A stretch of DNA of 64,000 bases from Coraliomargarita sp. (GTDB taxonomy: Bacteria; Verrucomicrobiota; Verrucomicrobiia; Opitutales; Coraliomargaritaceae), in assembly GCA_965216325.1 (NCBI GenBank), contig OZ244160.1, forward strand, positions 1,088,001-1,152,000. Direction: 5' to 3'. The translations under genes were made by a program, and so were the position numbers. The notes below the pieces were generated by a model. It saw only the letters and a program-made list of their open reading frames with translations, had not been told where the DNA came from and made no database searches. Within the stretch, counting starts at the first letter, position 1. The number at the start of each line of letters is the position of its first letter. This document shows, piece by piece, positions 22,803-33,429 of the stretch.

Positions 22803-22908
22803 GCAGGGGCTTTGCTTGCCTTCGAGCATGAGCTCAGGCCGAATGGCGAAGCCCGCATCAGATCAGTCGCATTCACATCGGTTCGGGCGTCGCAAGCAAC
22901 GCCCCTAC
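22803..22908. repeat. Inverted REP pair (GTAGGGGC type) abutting the IS right end
   Basis: 22885-22908 reads GTAGGGGCGTTGCTTGCGACGCCC on the minus strand; degenerate partner GCAGGGGCTTTGCTTGCC starts at 22803 on the plus strand. Confidence 0.75.
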
Positions 22909-22976
22909 AATTTCCAGTAATAGCGATTCCAACAAAGCGAGTTGCCATTCCAGAACTTCCTGTTTGTTTACGCCGC

Positions 22977-23237
22977 ATGGGCAAAATCATCTTTAAACGT
23001 TCCGGCGTCGAGTTCGAGTGGACTGGCGACGATGAAAGCATTCTTGAACTCGCCGAGGCGAATGACCTCGATCTCGATTTCGGCTGCCGAATGGGCAACT
23101 GCACGGCCTGCCAGCACGAGGTGGTCTCTGGTGAAGTTGAATATCCCAATGGCCATACAGGGGAACCCGATGAGGGCTATCAGCTGCTTTGCTGCTGCAC
23201 GCCGATGGGCGATGACGATGTTATCATCAACGCCTAA
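22977..23237 (+). CDS. 2Fe-2S ferredoxin
   Basis: [22 protein letters not shown]; real start at MGKIIFK because the longer ORF begins inside the IS end. Confidence 0.88.
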   Translation: MGKIIFKRSGVEFEWTGDDESILELAEANDLDLDFGCRMGNCTACQHEVVSGEVEYPNGHTGEPDEGYQLLCCCTPMGDDDVIINA

Positions 23238-23258
23238 TCGTATTCTATATTTAACTAT

Positions 23259-23292
23259 AAAAATGCCGCCCCGAATTGGAGCGGCATTTTTT
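23259..23292. terminator. Bidirectional intrinsic terminator
   Basis: aaaatgccgc...gcggcatttttt between convergent genes. Confidence 0.8.
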
Positions 23293-23315
23293 ATGATACT
23301 AAATCGATTCGCGGC

Positions 23316-24965
23316 CTACCACCATGCTTCGGCTTGAACACCAAAGGTGATGCCGTCGGTATCATTGCCGTATGTGGTCGGGGCAACAAAGGTTTCGAAG
23401 TCATCACTCCACCAAGCATAGGTGACAAACATCCGAATTGCCGGGCGAGCAAAGTGCCCTCTGCCTGGGGTAATCTGCGGGGCAATGGTAAGCTTGTAAA
23501 CCTCGCCGGAGATATCGGAGATGTCAGAGTCGGTGTGATCGACACCTGCCTCAAAAGCCAGCGACCAGTAGTCGTTGAAATGGTAGACGGGACGGACACC
23601 AAACGAAACCCATTCAATTTCGGAGTCCTCCACTAGACCAGCGTCCACCAGGTCATAGACAAAAGTCGCCTGCATGGTCCAGTTGGTGTTGTCTGGTTCG
23701 ATGACGAAGTCATCGGTAAAACGGAAGTGCCAGATGTCAGAATAGTCGACTACGGTTGGGTTCATTGCATCACCTGAGCCAGTGCCGTCGAAGTCGGGCT
23801 CGGTTGACTTGAAGTTCGCAGCTGCACCAAAACCGTATTGGACCATGGCCCGGTTGCGCCCACCAAGGATCTCGGAACTTTCATGCAGGATACCGAAGGC
23901 AGCACCCGCATCGCCCTTGATATTGACGTCATTGTTGCCATTCGGGCTATCATTGTCGTCGAGGTCGGCGATCGCGGCCCAGAGCATTGCTTTACCGCCC
24001 GGCACGTCGATGTCCTTAATGCGCACGTCCAGGGTATTTTTACCATTGATTGTTGCATCCTCGACATCGACACCACCGCCTTCAAGTTCGTCAATGCTGC
24101 CCCCGAGCCATGCGACTGAGAGTGTGCCGAAGTCACCCAATTGGATGTCTTGGACGCCGCCACCGAAACCACTCATATCGAGGTAGTAGAAGTCGGTCAT
24201 GTGCACATCGTAGCGATCGTAGTAGATTTGCCCGGCCCAGAAGGTGGCCTCTGGCTGCTCCGCCCAAACGCCCTTAGCAGAGGCGTAAGCCTGCCGCATG
24301 GAGAAGACCGTGTCGTCGGCGTTGGACGTCGGGATGACGTAAGATGGCATGAAGCCAACGTAGAATTCCGTGCCTTCGGGAAGGTCGAGATCCGGGAAGG
24401 TGTAGCCAAAGAGCATTTCGACATAGGTCTCGGCCTCATTACCCAAACGGTATTTGGAACCAGCGCCCGGCGCTTGGAAAGCCTCCATGGTATTGCCGTC
24501 ATCATCTACACCCAGCCCCGAGCGGAAGTAACCGCCAAACTCAAAGCCGCGTGTAACGTCAAATTTATCGAAACTCTCCTCTATCTGAGCCATCTGGGCT
24601 TCGCTGAGCGCATCGCTCTGAGCCGCTGCAGAGTTCGCAGTATTGGCTGCGGTGCTGGCCTTTGCTTCGGCGGCGACCGCACGTTGCTCCACTTGAGCAA
24701 GCTTCGCTTGATCTTCGACGCGTTCGGACTCGAGTTCTTCGACTCGATTTTTCAGTTGCTTGATCTCCGACTCGTAACTTGCACGCATCGCTTCAATCTC
24801 AGCACGTATTTGCGCGAACGCATCGGCCTGAGTCTGAGCAGCATCGGCAGATGCTGTGGCGGCTTCTTGGGCAACGGCCTGATTGAAGACAAACAGGCTG
24901 CTACCAGCGACTGAGAGCATACAGAAAGCTCTCCTCATTGCAGGGTAATTGGTAAGCATAGCCAA
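23316..24965 (-). CDS. LamB/ScrY-type carbohydrate porin with N-terminal coiled coil
   Basis: FGGYFRSG, KYRLGNEAETY, WAGQIYYDRYDVHMTDFYY, RPAIRMF, terminal FGVQAEAWW; start may be 24938. Confidence 0.9.
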   Translation of the reverse strand: MAMLTNYPAMRRAFCMLSVAGSSLFVFNQAVAQEAATASADAAQTQADAFAQIRAEIEAMRASYESEIKQLKNRVEELESERVEDQAKLAQVEQRAVAAEAKASTAANTANSAAAQSDALSEAQMAQIEESFDKFDVTRGFEFGGYFRSGLGVDDDGNTMEAFQAPGAGSKYRLGNEAETYVEMLFGYTFPDLDLPEGTEFYVGFMPSYVIPTSNADDTVFSMRQAYASAKGVWAEQPEATFWAGQIYYDRYDVHMTDFYYLDMSGFGGGVQDIQLGDFGTLSVAWLGGSIDELEGGGVDVEDATINGKNTLDVRIKDIDVPGGKAMLWAAIADLDDNDSPNGNNDVNIKGDAGAAFGILHESSEILGGRNRAMVQYGFGAAANFKSTEPDFDGTGSGDAMNPTVVDYSDIWHFRFTDDFVIEPDNTNWTMQATFVYDLVDAGLVEDSEIEWVSFGVRPVYHFNDYWSLAFEAGVDHTDSDISDISGEVYKLTIAPQITPGRGHFARPAIRMFVTYAWWSDDFETFVAPTTYGNDTDGITFGVQAEAWW

Positions 24966-25024
24966 ACGCTAAGTTAGCCAGCCTGTGTGGTCAAATCTAA
25001 CTGTGCGTTTCTCAGCACAAAAAA

Positions 25025-25816
25025 TTAGTCCGCCTTGCAGACTTCAATCCGTTCAAAACTGCGCGCTAGACCGGTTGTTGAGTCGATATCGATTAAGCAG
25101 CCAGCGATGCGCACATCCTCGCTGGCAACTGGAAAGCGACGCTTCATCCCATCCAAAAAGGCTTCGATAACAGGCTTGGCCTCACGCCCAAGCACGCCTG
25201 CATAGGGGCCACACATGCCGGCATCGCTTAGATAGGCGGTGCCCTGGGGCAACACACGCCCGTCGGCGGTGGGAACGTGGGTGTGCGTGCCGACCACAGC
25301 CGCAACCCGACCATCCAGATGCCAACCAAACGCAATCTTCTCGGAGGTGGCTTCCATGTGGGCTTCTGCAAACAGCGCATCACACTGATCACCGAGTTCG
25401 GCAATCTTAGCATCCGCCATTTTGAAGGGGCACTCGTCGGATTTCATGCCAATGTAGTTGCGCCCCAGTACGGTAAACAGACCGAGCTTAAAACCATCCT
25501 TTTCGACGACAAGGTGTGTGCGCCCGGGGTTTTGTTTCGGTAAATTTGCCGGACGGCAGACCTGCTCCAATGTGCCGATCTCGTTCTCGAAATTTTTCTG
25601 GTCCCAGACGTGGTCGCCGAGCGTAATCGCATCGACGCCGGCCTTTACGAGTTCATCAGCGATTTTCTTGGTAATACCGGAGCCACCCGCTGCGTTCTCA
25701 GCATTCGCAACGACAATATCAGCCCCCAGTTCCTCACGCAAATTCGCGAGGCGCTCGATTACAAAATTACGGCCCGGCCGGCCTACAATATCTCCTAAAA
25801 ACAGCAGTTTCGGCAT
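25025..25816 (-). CDS. YmdB-like metallophosphoesterase (TIGR00282 type)
   Basis: [34 protein letters not shown]. Confidence 0.92.
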   Translation of the reverse strand: MPKLLFLGDIVGRPGRNFVIERLANLREELGADIVVANAENAAGGSGITKKIADELVKAGVDAITLGDHVWDQKNFENEIGTLEQVCRPANLPKQNPGRTHLVVEKDGFKLGLFTVLGRNYIGMKSDECPFKMADAKIAELGDQCDALFAEAHMEATSEKIAFGWHLDGRVAAVVGTHTHVPTADGRVLPQGTAYLSDAGMCGPYAGVLGREAKPVIEAFLDGMKRRFPVASEDVRIAGCLIDIDSTTGLARSFERIEVCKAD

Positions 25817-25857
25817 GATCGCGAAGGCTGGGTCAATTCCACAAACTCGGCAAGCTC

Positions 25858-26382
25858 CTATCCATTTTCGGCAGACATGCCTTTACGACTCGGAAACAAC
25901 CAGTCCATCGCATCCTCGAGAATGACGTAAAAACACGGCACAAGAATTTGCCCCGCGCGGATCTTCCCCCAGAGATCAACTTCGTAACTCACCGAAATTC
26001 CAGTCGTGTAATTCGACTCTGCAGTATTGGCACCGCTTTCTCGCCAATTCCGGCGGTAGCCAGTTGAGAGGTCCGCTTGTGGATACAAGTCGGCGCCCGC
26101 CTTCCGTGCCCTTGCCTCTGATTGACGCAGGCGGGCCCAGGCTTGAGCTAAATCAAGGTTTTCCGTAAAGGCTTGTGCCTGCAATTAGTCTAGATCGTCG
26201 CGCTGAAAGGTGTCCCACCACGGGACTGCCGCAATCGAAGTTTCCTTCGGTTGATTGGTGCTAAAGGTCTCCGGCAAGGGCTGCAATACACTGGTATCAC
26301 GCTCAGTTGCAGTAAAGCAGCCCGCTAAGCATAGCGAGAGGGCCATGCTTAGCGCCATAGCCAATCTCCACGTAGCGTTCAT
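25858..26382 (-). pseudogene. Disrupted NodT/TolC-family efflux lipoprotein fused to an RND-permease-like tail
   Basis: LAGC lipobox, WWDTF, in-frame TAA at 26185-87, then NLDLAQAWAR...YEVDLWGKIR, then an abrupt switch to ILVPCFYVILED. Confidence 0.8.
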
Positions 26383-27020
26383 TTGGACAGCTCCTTTGCT
26401 AATAGACCACGCATGCCCGCGATGGAAAAATCATAGATATGTTCTGCGATGACGTCGACATCGGGCATCGGCAAGCGTGGCCCTCCACCCATTTCACGAA
26501 TGAGGCGACTGAAATTATAAAACTGAAACTGTGAGACGATGCTCACCATGGCTAAGCGAATACGCTGCTCGGATACCTTGTCGCCCAAGATCCCTTCGAT
26601 TGCGTGGCGCATATTCGCTCGGTTGTGTCCAATTAGCTCTGAAAAAATCAAATCGACCGCAAAACTGGGCTCTGCGAACTCCTTTGCTACAATGCGGGAC
26701 AAATAGCCGGCTTCTGATTCGCAGAAGATTTGTGAAATCATGGCGTGGATGTGTTGGCGAAGCCGCTGGTGTGGGCTCGCCGTGGCACCCTCAGGTAGTG
26801 CGACTGGAAAGGCTTCATTCGCGAGGCGATACGCCGTGCGCAAGGCCTCCTCGTAGAGGGACTGCTTGTCGCCAAAATGGTAATTGACGGCGGCAACGTT
26901 CGCCTCTGCCTGCTGGGAGATGGCCGCAATCGTGGTCTGCTCGTATCCGCGTTCCGCAAATAAGGCCATTGCGGCCTGCAAGAGTCGTGAACGAGTGCTT
27001 GTCTCTACTTCTGTTGCCAT
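26379..27020 (-). CDS. TetR-family regulator (CecR/YbiH-like C-terminal domain)
   Basis: TRSRLLQAAMALFAERGY...ANVAAVNYHFGDKQSLY HTH; C-terminal HIYDFSIAGM. Confidence 0.88.
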   Translation of the reverse strand: MATEVETSTRSRLLQAAMALFAERGYEQTTIAAISQQAEANVAAVNYHFGDKQSLYEEALRTAYRLANEAFPVALPEGATASPHQRLRQHIHAMISQIFCESEAGYLSRIVAKEFAEPSFAVDLIFSELIGHNRANMRHAIEGILGDKVSEQRIRLAMVSIVSQFQFYNFSRLIREMGGGPRLPMPDVDVIAEHIYDFSIAGMRGLLAKELSK

Positions 27021-27322
27021 AATTCAATTGATCAATTTAAACGTCCATTTGAATCATTTGTTTCATCTTTTTTCAATTTATCCTTGAGGGGGTGGTTTAG
27101 CCCCCCACGACCAGCCTCCAACAATCCAGTCCAAACTGCTCCCGGGATCGAACCAGGCAGATCCTTGCAGCCCAGAATCCGTCTGGTTTGCCGCTGATAT
27201 GAAACCCGATATCAGTTCTGCTTACGGGCTTGATTTAGAGCGATTTTACTGTCTTCATCCTTCGCTTTTCGCACGGGCACCCTGCCCGCATTAGCTAAAC
27301 ACAACCATCCAACCACACCAAA

Positions 27323-29107
27323 ATGAAAACAGAAGAAGCTATCGAATTCCCGAAGCAGGACGAAATTGGTCCTGAAATGAAGGGCGCCGATGTCATGGTC
27401 GCCGCGCTCGAACGCGAGGGTGTGGATGTGGTGTATGCTTATCCAGGCGGCGCATCGATGGAGCTGCACCAAGCCCTCACCAAGAGTAAGACCATCCGCA
27501 CAATCCTGCCACGTATGGAGCAAGGCGGTGGTTTTATGGCACACGGCCATGCACGTGTAACAGGTAAGGCATCGGTCTGCATGGCAACATCCGGTCCAGG
27601 CGCAACGAACTTGGTCACCTGCATCGCAGACGCCTATATGGACAGCATCCCGCTGGTTGCGATCACCGGACAGGTGTATCAACAATTTATCGGTAAGACA
27701 GCCTTTCAGGAAACTGACTTCTACGGCATGACGCTACCGATCGTGAAGCACTCTTACCTTGTTCTGACCAAGGAAGACCTTCCACGCGTCATCAAGGAAG
27801 CCTTCCACATTGCACAGACGGGACGTCCTGGTCCTGTTGTGATCGACATCCCGAAGGACGTGCAGCAAGCGATTTTCGCTCCAACTTTCCCAGCAGAAGT
27901 CGATATCCCGGGGTACAAAGTCAACACCACCAAACCGGAAGCATCGGATGAGGAGCTCATCGAAGTTCTTGATTTGATCGGTGGTGCAAAGCGTCCGGTT
28001 CTCTATATCGGTGGTGGTATCATCTCTGGCGAGGCACACCAGGAAATGCGTGAATTCGCAGAACTGACTGGTTTGCCAGTTGCGTCCACACTCATGGGCC
28101 TTGGCGCATTCGACGCGGAGCATCCACAATCGCTCTACTGGTTCGGTATGCACGGCACCGTTGCTGGCAACTGGGCTGTTTGCGACAGTGACCTCCTGAT
28201 CTGTGCGGGCGCACGCTTCGATGACCGTATTACCGGCCTCGTTTCCAAGTTCGCACCGGATGCGACGATTGTTCACATCGATATCGATGGCTCTGAGCAC
28301 AACAAGAACAAGCGTGTTCAATACCCGATCCACTCCGACGTTAAGTATGCGCTGACTCGCCTGAACGAACTGGTGAAGGCTGGCAAGTTCAACAAGCCCG
28401 ACCTCAGTGACTGGTTCAACACGATCAACAAGTGGAAGGCAGAGCACCCATTCAGCTACGACAAGGGTGAGCACATTACCCAGCAAGAAGCGATCGAAGC
28501 GCTCTATGACGAAACCAAGGGTGACGCAATTATCACGACTGGTGTTGGGCAGCACCAAATGTGGGCAGCTCAGTTCTTCAAGTTCCGTGAGCCACGCACT
28601 TACATCAGCTCACTTGGCCTTGGCACTATGGGCTTCGGCCTGCCTGCTGCCATTGGCGCAAAGGTGGCTTGCCCGGACCGCGAGGTGATCAACATCGACG
28701 GCGACGGCTGTTTCATGATGAACATCCAGGAACTGGCGACTGCGAAGGTTGAGAAGATCAACGCAAAGACCATCATTCTGAATAACCAGCACCTTGGTAT
28801 GGTGGTTCAGTGGGAAGACCTCCTCTATGAAAGTGTCCGCGGTCAGACCATCCTTTGCGACAAGGACAACATCGGTGGCCCGGACAATGTCGACGCGATC
28901 TATCCGGACTTTGTTAAGATCTCTGAAGGTTTCGGTGTGAAGGCTCGTCGTGTTGTTAAGCGTGAAGACCTGCGCGACGCAATCAACGAGATGCTCGCAC
29001 ACGACGGCCCGTATGTTTTGGAAGTGATCGTCCCATACACTGAGCACGTCTTGCCGATGATTAAGCAAGGTCTCTCCGCGAAGGAAATTTTGCTCAAGTC
29101 CGAGTAA
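27323..29107 (+). CDS. ilvB: Acetolactate synthase large subunit
   Basis: [30 protein letters not shown]...[11 protein letters not shown] motif. Confidence 0.95.
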   Translation: MKTEEAIEFPKQDEIGPEMKGADVMVAALEREGVDVVYAYPGGASMELHQALTKSKTIRTILPRMEQGGGFMAHGHARVTGKASVCMATSGPGATNLVTCIADAYMDSIPLVAITGQVYQQFIGKTAFQETDFYGMTLPIVKHSYLVLTKEDLPRVIKEAFHIAQTGRPGPVVIDIPKDVQQAIFAPTFPAEVDIPGYKVNTTKPEASDEELIEVLDLIGGAKRPVLYIGGGIISGEAHQEMREFAELTGLPVASTLMGLGAFDAEHPQSLYWFGMHGTVAGNWAVCDSDLLICAGARFDDRITGLVSKFAPDATIVHIDIDGSEHNKNKRVQYPIHSDVKYALTRLNELVKAGKFNKPDLSDWFNTINKWKAEHPFSYDKGEHITQQEAIEALYDETKGDAIITTGVGQHQMWAAQFFKFREPRTYISSLGLGTMGFGLPAAIGAKVACPDREVINIDGDGCFMMNIQELATAKVEKINAKTIILNNQHLGMVVQWEDLLYESVRGQTILCDKDNIGGPDNVDAIYPDFVKISEGFGVKARRVVKREDLRDAINEMLAHDGPYVLEVIVPYTEHVLPMIKQGLSAKEILLKSE

Positions 29108-29124
29108 GGCATACATTTTGCATC

Positions 29125-29158
29125 AAGCGGACACGCCGGCACGGCGTGTCCGCTTTTT
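29125..29158 (+). terminator. Intrinsic terminator after ilvB
   Basis: aagcggacacgccg-gca-cggcgtgtccgctt perfect hairpin plus T run. Confidence 0.85.
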
Positions 29159-29207
29159 ATTTGCTCCCACCATAGCACATTCAGAAACCAACGACATAAA
29201 CGACACC

Positions 29208-30245
29208 ATGAACCGCAACACACTCCTCCCCCTTGGAGTTTCATTCTTTTTAAGTGCCATTAGCCTGTTAGCTGATGTGGTTACAACAGTCGACGGCGCA
29301 CGCCTAACCGGCACAATCACTCTAATCGATAAGGGCTCGATCCACATCGATACTCCCTATGCGGGGTCGATCGTGGTGAAGCAGGATCAGGTTTCTACTT
29401 TTGAGACCGAGTCACCTGTCGTCGTGCGTTTGGAAAGCGGCACGGTTATGGAGGGAGCGGTTGAATCCTCTACAGGCGGAAAGCTGAAAGTTGAGTCTGA
29501 GGACGGTGTGCTCGAAACCAACACCGCGAAGATCGCAGCGTCCTGGAATCCGTCTGCCGAAGATCCGGAAATTGTGCGCAACCGCAAGACCTGGAAGTAT
29601 GAGGCTGCGCTCAATCTCAATGGTAAAGAAGGTAATACGGATAAGTTCTACTTGGGAACTAGCCTCGCCGCGACACTTAAGGGGCCGGACGACGAGTTTC
29701 GCATTCGTGGTGAATACGAGCAAGGCGAAGAAAACAACAACAAGACCGATGACCGTGCGGCCGGTGGCGCTTCGTATGAGTCCTTTATGGGCGGCAAAAA
29801 GACGGGCTGGTATGTGCGCACGAATTTGGTGACTGATCCCATTAGTGACATCAAATTCCGCTCAACCTCTGCTGGCGGCCTCTCCTGCCGCTTCATCAAT
29901 AAAGACAACCAGAAGTTGATTGCTCGCGGCGGTTTGGGTTATCGCTTCACCGACTATGATAGCGACCGAGAGGATGATTCACAAGGCACCTTAGATACGA
30001 TCCTTGAGCACACTTACCAGTTTAACGACGACTTCTTCATGGAAAACTTGCTGGTTTACACACCGGCGATCGACGACTTCGGCGACTACACGGCCCTGCA
30101 TGACAGTGCGATCAAGATTCCAGTCGGTAGCGGTGAGAATTTCTGGATCCGTATGGGCATCAAGAACGAATACGAAAGTAAGACCTCCGCAGAAGAGAAG
30201 TTGGATACCAGTTACTACACCAAGCTGATCTACACCTGGGAGTAA
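29208..30245 (+). CDS. DUF481-like outer-membrane beta-barrel protein
   Basis: Signal peptide, DVVTTVDGARLTG N-domain, GNTD motif, alternating beta-strand pattern, C-terminal LIYTWE. Confidence 0.75.
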   Translation: MNRNTLLPLGVSFFLSAISLLADVVTTVDGARLTGTITLIDKGSIHIDTPYAGSIVVKQDQVSTFETESPVVVRLESGTVMEGAVESSTGGKLKVESEDGVLETNTAKIAASWNPSAEDPEIVRNRKTWKYEAALNLNGKEGNTDKFYLGTSLAATLKGPDDEFRIRGEYEQGEENNNKTDDRAAGGASYESFMGGKKTGWYVRTNLVTDPISDIKFRSTSAGGLSCRFINKDNQKLIARGGLGYRFTDYDSDREDDSQGTLDTILEHTYQFNDDFFMENLLVYTPAIDDFGDYTALHDSAIKIPVGSGENFWIRMGIKNEYESKTSAEEKLDTSYYTKLIYTWE

Positions 30246-30270
30246 TTGTCTAGTCAGGTTTACGCTGATG

Positions 30271-30299
30271 AAAGGTCACGTCTCGCACGTGGCCTTTTT
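30271..30299 (+). terminator. Intrinsic terminator
   Basis: aaaggtcacgt...acgtggccttttt. Confidence 0.75.
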
Positions 30300-30302
30300 G
30301 CT

Positions 30303-30372
30303 GGTAGGGTTCGATATCCATATCGAACCGTTTAATCATTCTGACTGCGCGTTAAGGATAACGCGCCCTAGC
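30303..30372. repeat. Inverted pair of GGTAG-headed REP-like palindromes
   Basis: ggtagggttcgatatccatatcgaaccg (+, 30303-30330) and gcgcgttaaggataacgcgccctagc (-, from 30347); the latter supplies the aguA stop codon. Confidence 0.7.
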
Positions 30373-31417
30373 GCTTAACAGCAGGCTGGTGCTGGCTCAT
30401 GCAGTGAATCGCGCCGCCTTCGCGGATTATGTAGCTGCAATCGAAAGCGATGATCTCTCGGTCACTAAAGCAGTCACCGATGATCTCCAAGGCTTGCGCA
30501 TCGTGCTCAGGCTGATTGTAGGTTGGTACCAACACCGCGCCATTCAACACCAGATAATTCATGTAGCTCGCAGCTAATGGCTCACAATTTAGCTGCATCG
30601 GCTTGGGGAGTGGCAACTGCATTGAGGCAAATGGTTGTCCGGCAGTGGTTCGAAAGCTCCTCAAGCGGTCGAGATTCTCTTGCATGACCTCGAAGTTCGG
30701 ATCGTCCGGCGATTCGGCCTCGGCAATCAGAATTCCATCCTTTGCATAAAAGCGCGCCAGGTTGTCGATGTGCCCATCGGTATCATCGCCAGCAAGCCCA
30801 TCTCCTAGCCAGAGTGTCTCGCCGATTCCCAGGCCACTACGAAGCTTCGGCTCAAGATGTTGCTTGCGGATAGGACCGTTACGGTTCGGGTTTAATAAGA
30901 CAGCCTCAGTGGTCAGAATTTGTCCTGCTCCATTACTTTCAATGGCTCCACCTTCAAGGACGGTGTTGAAGGCGAAACGGCGAATCGACAACTGATCAGC
31001 GATCCATGCAGACGCTTGATTGTCCTTTTCTTGTCGGGGGAATTTATTGCCCCATGCGTTATACGTCCAGTCTGCCATGGCGAGGCTGGATCCATCTTCA
31101 CTTAGAAGGAACAAGGGACCAAAGTCACGGATCCACACGTCGTCACACTCGTAATCGTAGAGCTCGATGTTTGTGGGATCTCCCGCGCTATCCAGCAGGC
31201 CCTTGAGTTCATCTTGGGCGAATGCCGGACAGAGGATCCGAACGGTTTGAAAGCGTGCAGCCAGAACATAGAGGCTGGCGAGTTGAGGCTTCACTTTATC
31301 GAGCACGCCTTCCCAGAGGTCAGTGCGTGTAGGCCAGGCAAACCAGACGGCCTCCTGTGGTTCCCACTCTGCAGGGAATCGGTAACCGAGCTCTTTGGGT
31401 GTGTTAGGCTTAGACAT
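30368..31417 (-). CDS. aguA: Agmatine deiminase
   Basis: PAEWEP, WIRDFGP, LEGG, DTDGHID, SYMNY, GGAIHC. Confidence 0.92.
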   Translation of the reverse strand: MSKPNTPKELGYRFPAEWEPQEAVWFAWPTRTDLWEGVLDKVKPQLASLYVLAARFQTVRILCPAFAQDELKGLLDSAGDPTNIELYDYECDDVWIRDFGPLFLLSEDGSSLAMADWTYNAWGNKFPRQEKDNQASAWIADQLSIRRFAFNTVLEGGAIESNGAGQILTTEAVLLNPNRNGPIRKQHLEPKLRSGLGIGETLWLGDGLAGDDTDGHIDNLARFYAKDGILIAEAESPDDPNFEVMQENLDRLRSFRTTAGQPFASMQLPLPKPMQLNCEPLAASYMNYLVLNGAVLVPTYNQPEHDAQALEIIGDCFSDREIIAFDCSYIIREGGAIHCMSQHQPAVKR

Positions 31418-31467
31418 GAGCGAGATAGAGACTTTAGAGGGACTTGGGTTCGGGTCAAGCGATGCGC

Positions 31468-32355
31468 TTACTGATCAATCATTCGCGCAGTGATATCCGT
31501 GTAACTGTCGATGCGGCGATCCCGGAAAAAGGGCCAAATGCGGCGCATGTCCTCTAGACCTTTCATGTCGCAGTCTGCAAACAGTATTGCCTCTTCGCTA
31601 ACCGGTGCACGCTCGACGACTTGGCCATAGTAGTCCGCGACAAACGACTGGCCCCAAAACTCAGTATCGGCCTCGATTCCTACACGGTTGACTGCGGCAA
31701 CGTAGCATCCATTTGCCACGGCATGCCCACGCTGAACCGTTTCCCACGCGGTGTGCTGGGCTTCTCCTAGCTCGTCCTTCTCTTCCGGAAGCCAGCCAAT
31801 GGCTGTTGGGTAAAAGAGGATTTCGGCACCTGACAGTGCTGCCATACGCGCTGCCTCGGGATACCATTGGTCCCAACAAATGAGCACGCCAATTTTACCA
31901 AATGCAGTGTCCCAGACTTTATACCCAAGGTCGCCGGGGGTGAAATAGAACTTCTCCTCAAAACCCGGATCCTGAGGAATGTGCATTTTGCGATACTTGC
32001 CCAGGTAGCTGCCATCCGCATCAATGACAGCGGCCGTGTTATGATAGATACCTGGGGCGCGACGCTCGAAAAGTGAGGCTATAATTACGATGCCAAGCTC
32101 TTTGGCGATATCTGCGAGAGCATCGGTCGTTGAGCTAGGGATCGGTTCTGCGAGCTCAAACTGATCGGTATCTTGGGTGATGCAGAAATACGGTGTATTG
32201 AAGAGCTCCTGAGTGCAAATGATCTGCGCCCCGCCCGATGCAGCCTCGCGCATGCGCTCGATGGTATACTCAAGGTCCGCCTGCTTGGAGCCTTGCTCGC
32301 GACCTTGGATGAGTGCAATGCGGACCTTGGATGACTTCTCTGTGCTCATAAACAA
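31468..32355 (-). CDS. aguB: N-carbamoylputrescine amidase (carbon-nitrogen hydrolase)
   Basis: QELF, YRKMHIP, EKFYF, ICWDQWYPE, YPTAIGW; adjacent to aguA. Confidence 0.88.
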   Translation of the reverse strand: MFMSTEKSSKVRIALIQGREQGSKQADLEYTIERMREAASGGAQIICTQELFNTPYFCITQDTDQFELAEPIPSSTTDALADIAKELGIVIIASLFERRAPGIYHNTAAVIDADGSYLGKYRKMHIPQDPGFEEKFYFTPGDLGYKVWDTAFGKIGVLICWDQWYPEAARMAALSGAEILFYPTAIGWLPEEKDELGEAQHTAWETVQRGHAVANGCYVAAVNRVGIEADTEFWGQSFVADYYGQVVERAPVSEEAILFADCDMKGLEDMRRIWPFFRDRRIDSYTDITARMIDQ

Positions 32356-32408
32356 AAACGGCGCGGATTATCCCGCGCCGTTGAAAGGTTTCAAATGTAT
32401 TTTGACGA

Positions 32409-33293
<885 letters not shown>

Positions 33294-33429
33294 GAAGCCA
33301 GCAAAGCTGGCGCTAAGGCGCTGAGGCACAAGATTAAATTTCGGAATTTGCTTACGCTTTGGTGAAATAAGTAATTGTAAAGAAACTATTAAGTCGTCAT
33401 TTTTTACATTTGAAGACTGCGTATCTCTT

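Larger units (their letters stand above)
21360..22803 (+). mobile_element. IS110-family insertion sequence with short left end and long right non-coding end; predicted AG core
   Basis: AG at 21360-61 and 22802-03; short inverted repeat CTATG/CATAG; TTGACA at 22785 and TATGAT at 21365 join into a promoter on circularisation; exact ends inferred. Confidence 0.78.

Noticed and set aside
22785..22976. 64-aa N-terminal extension of the ferredoxin
   Set aside because: The TTG start is the IS -35 box and the extension runs through REP repeats
27323..29107. ilvB with no adjacent small subunit, and a possible attenuator leader
   Set aside because: Unlinked small subunits are common; no convincing Ile/Leu/Val-rich leader peptide or attenuator seen
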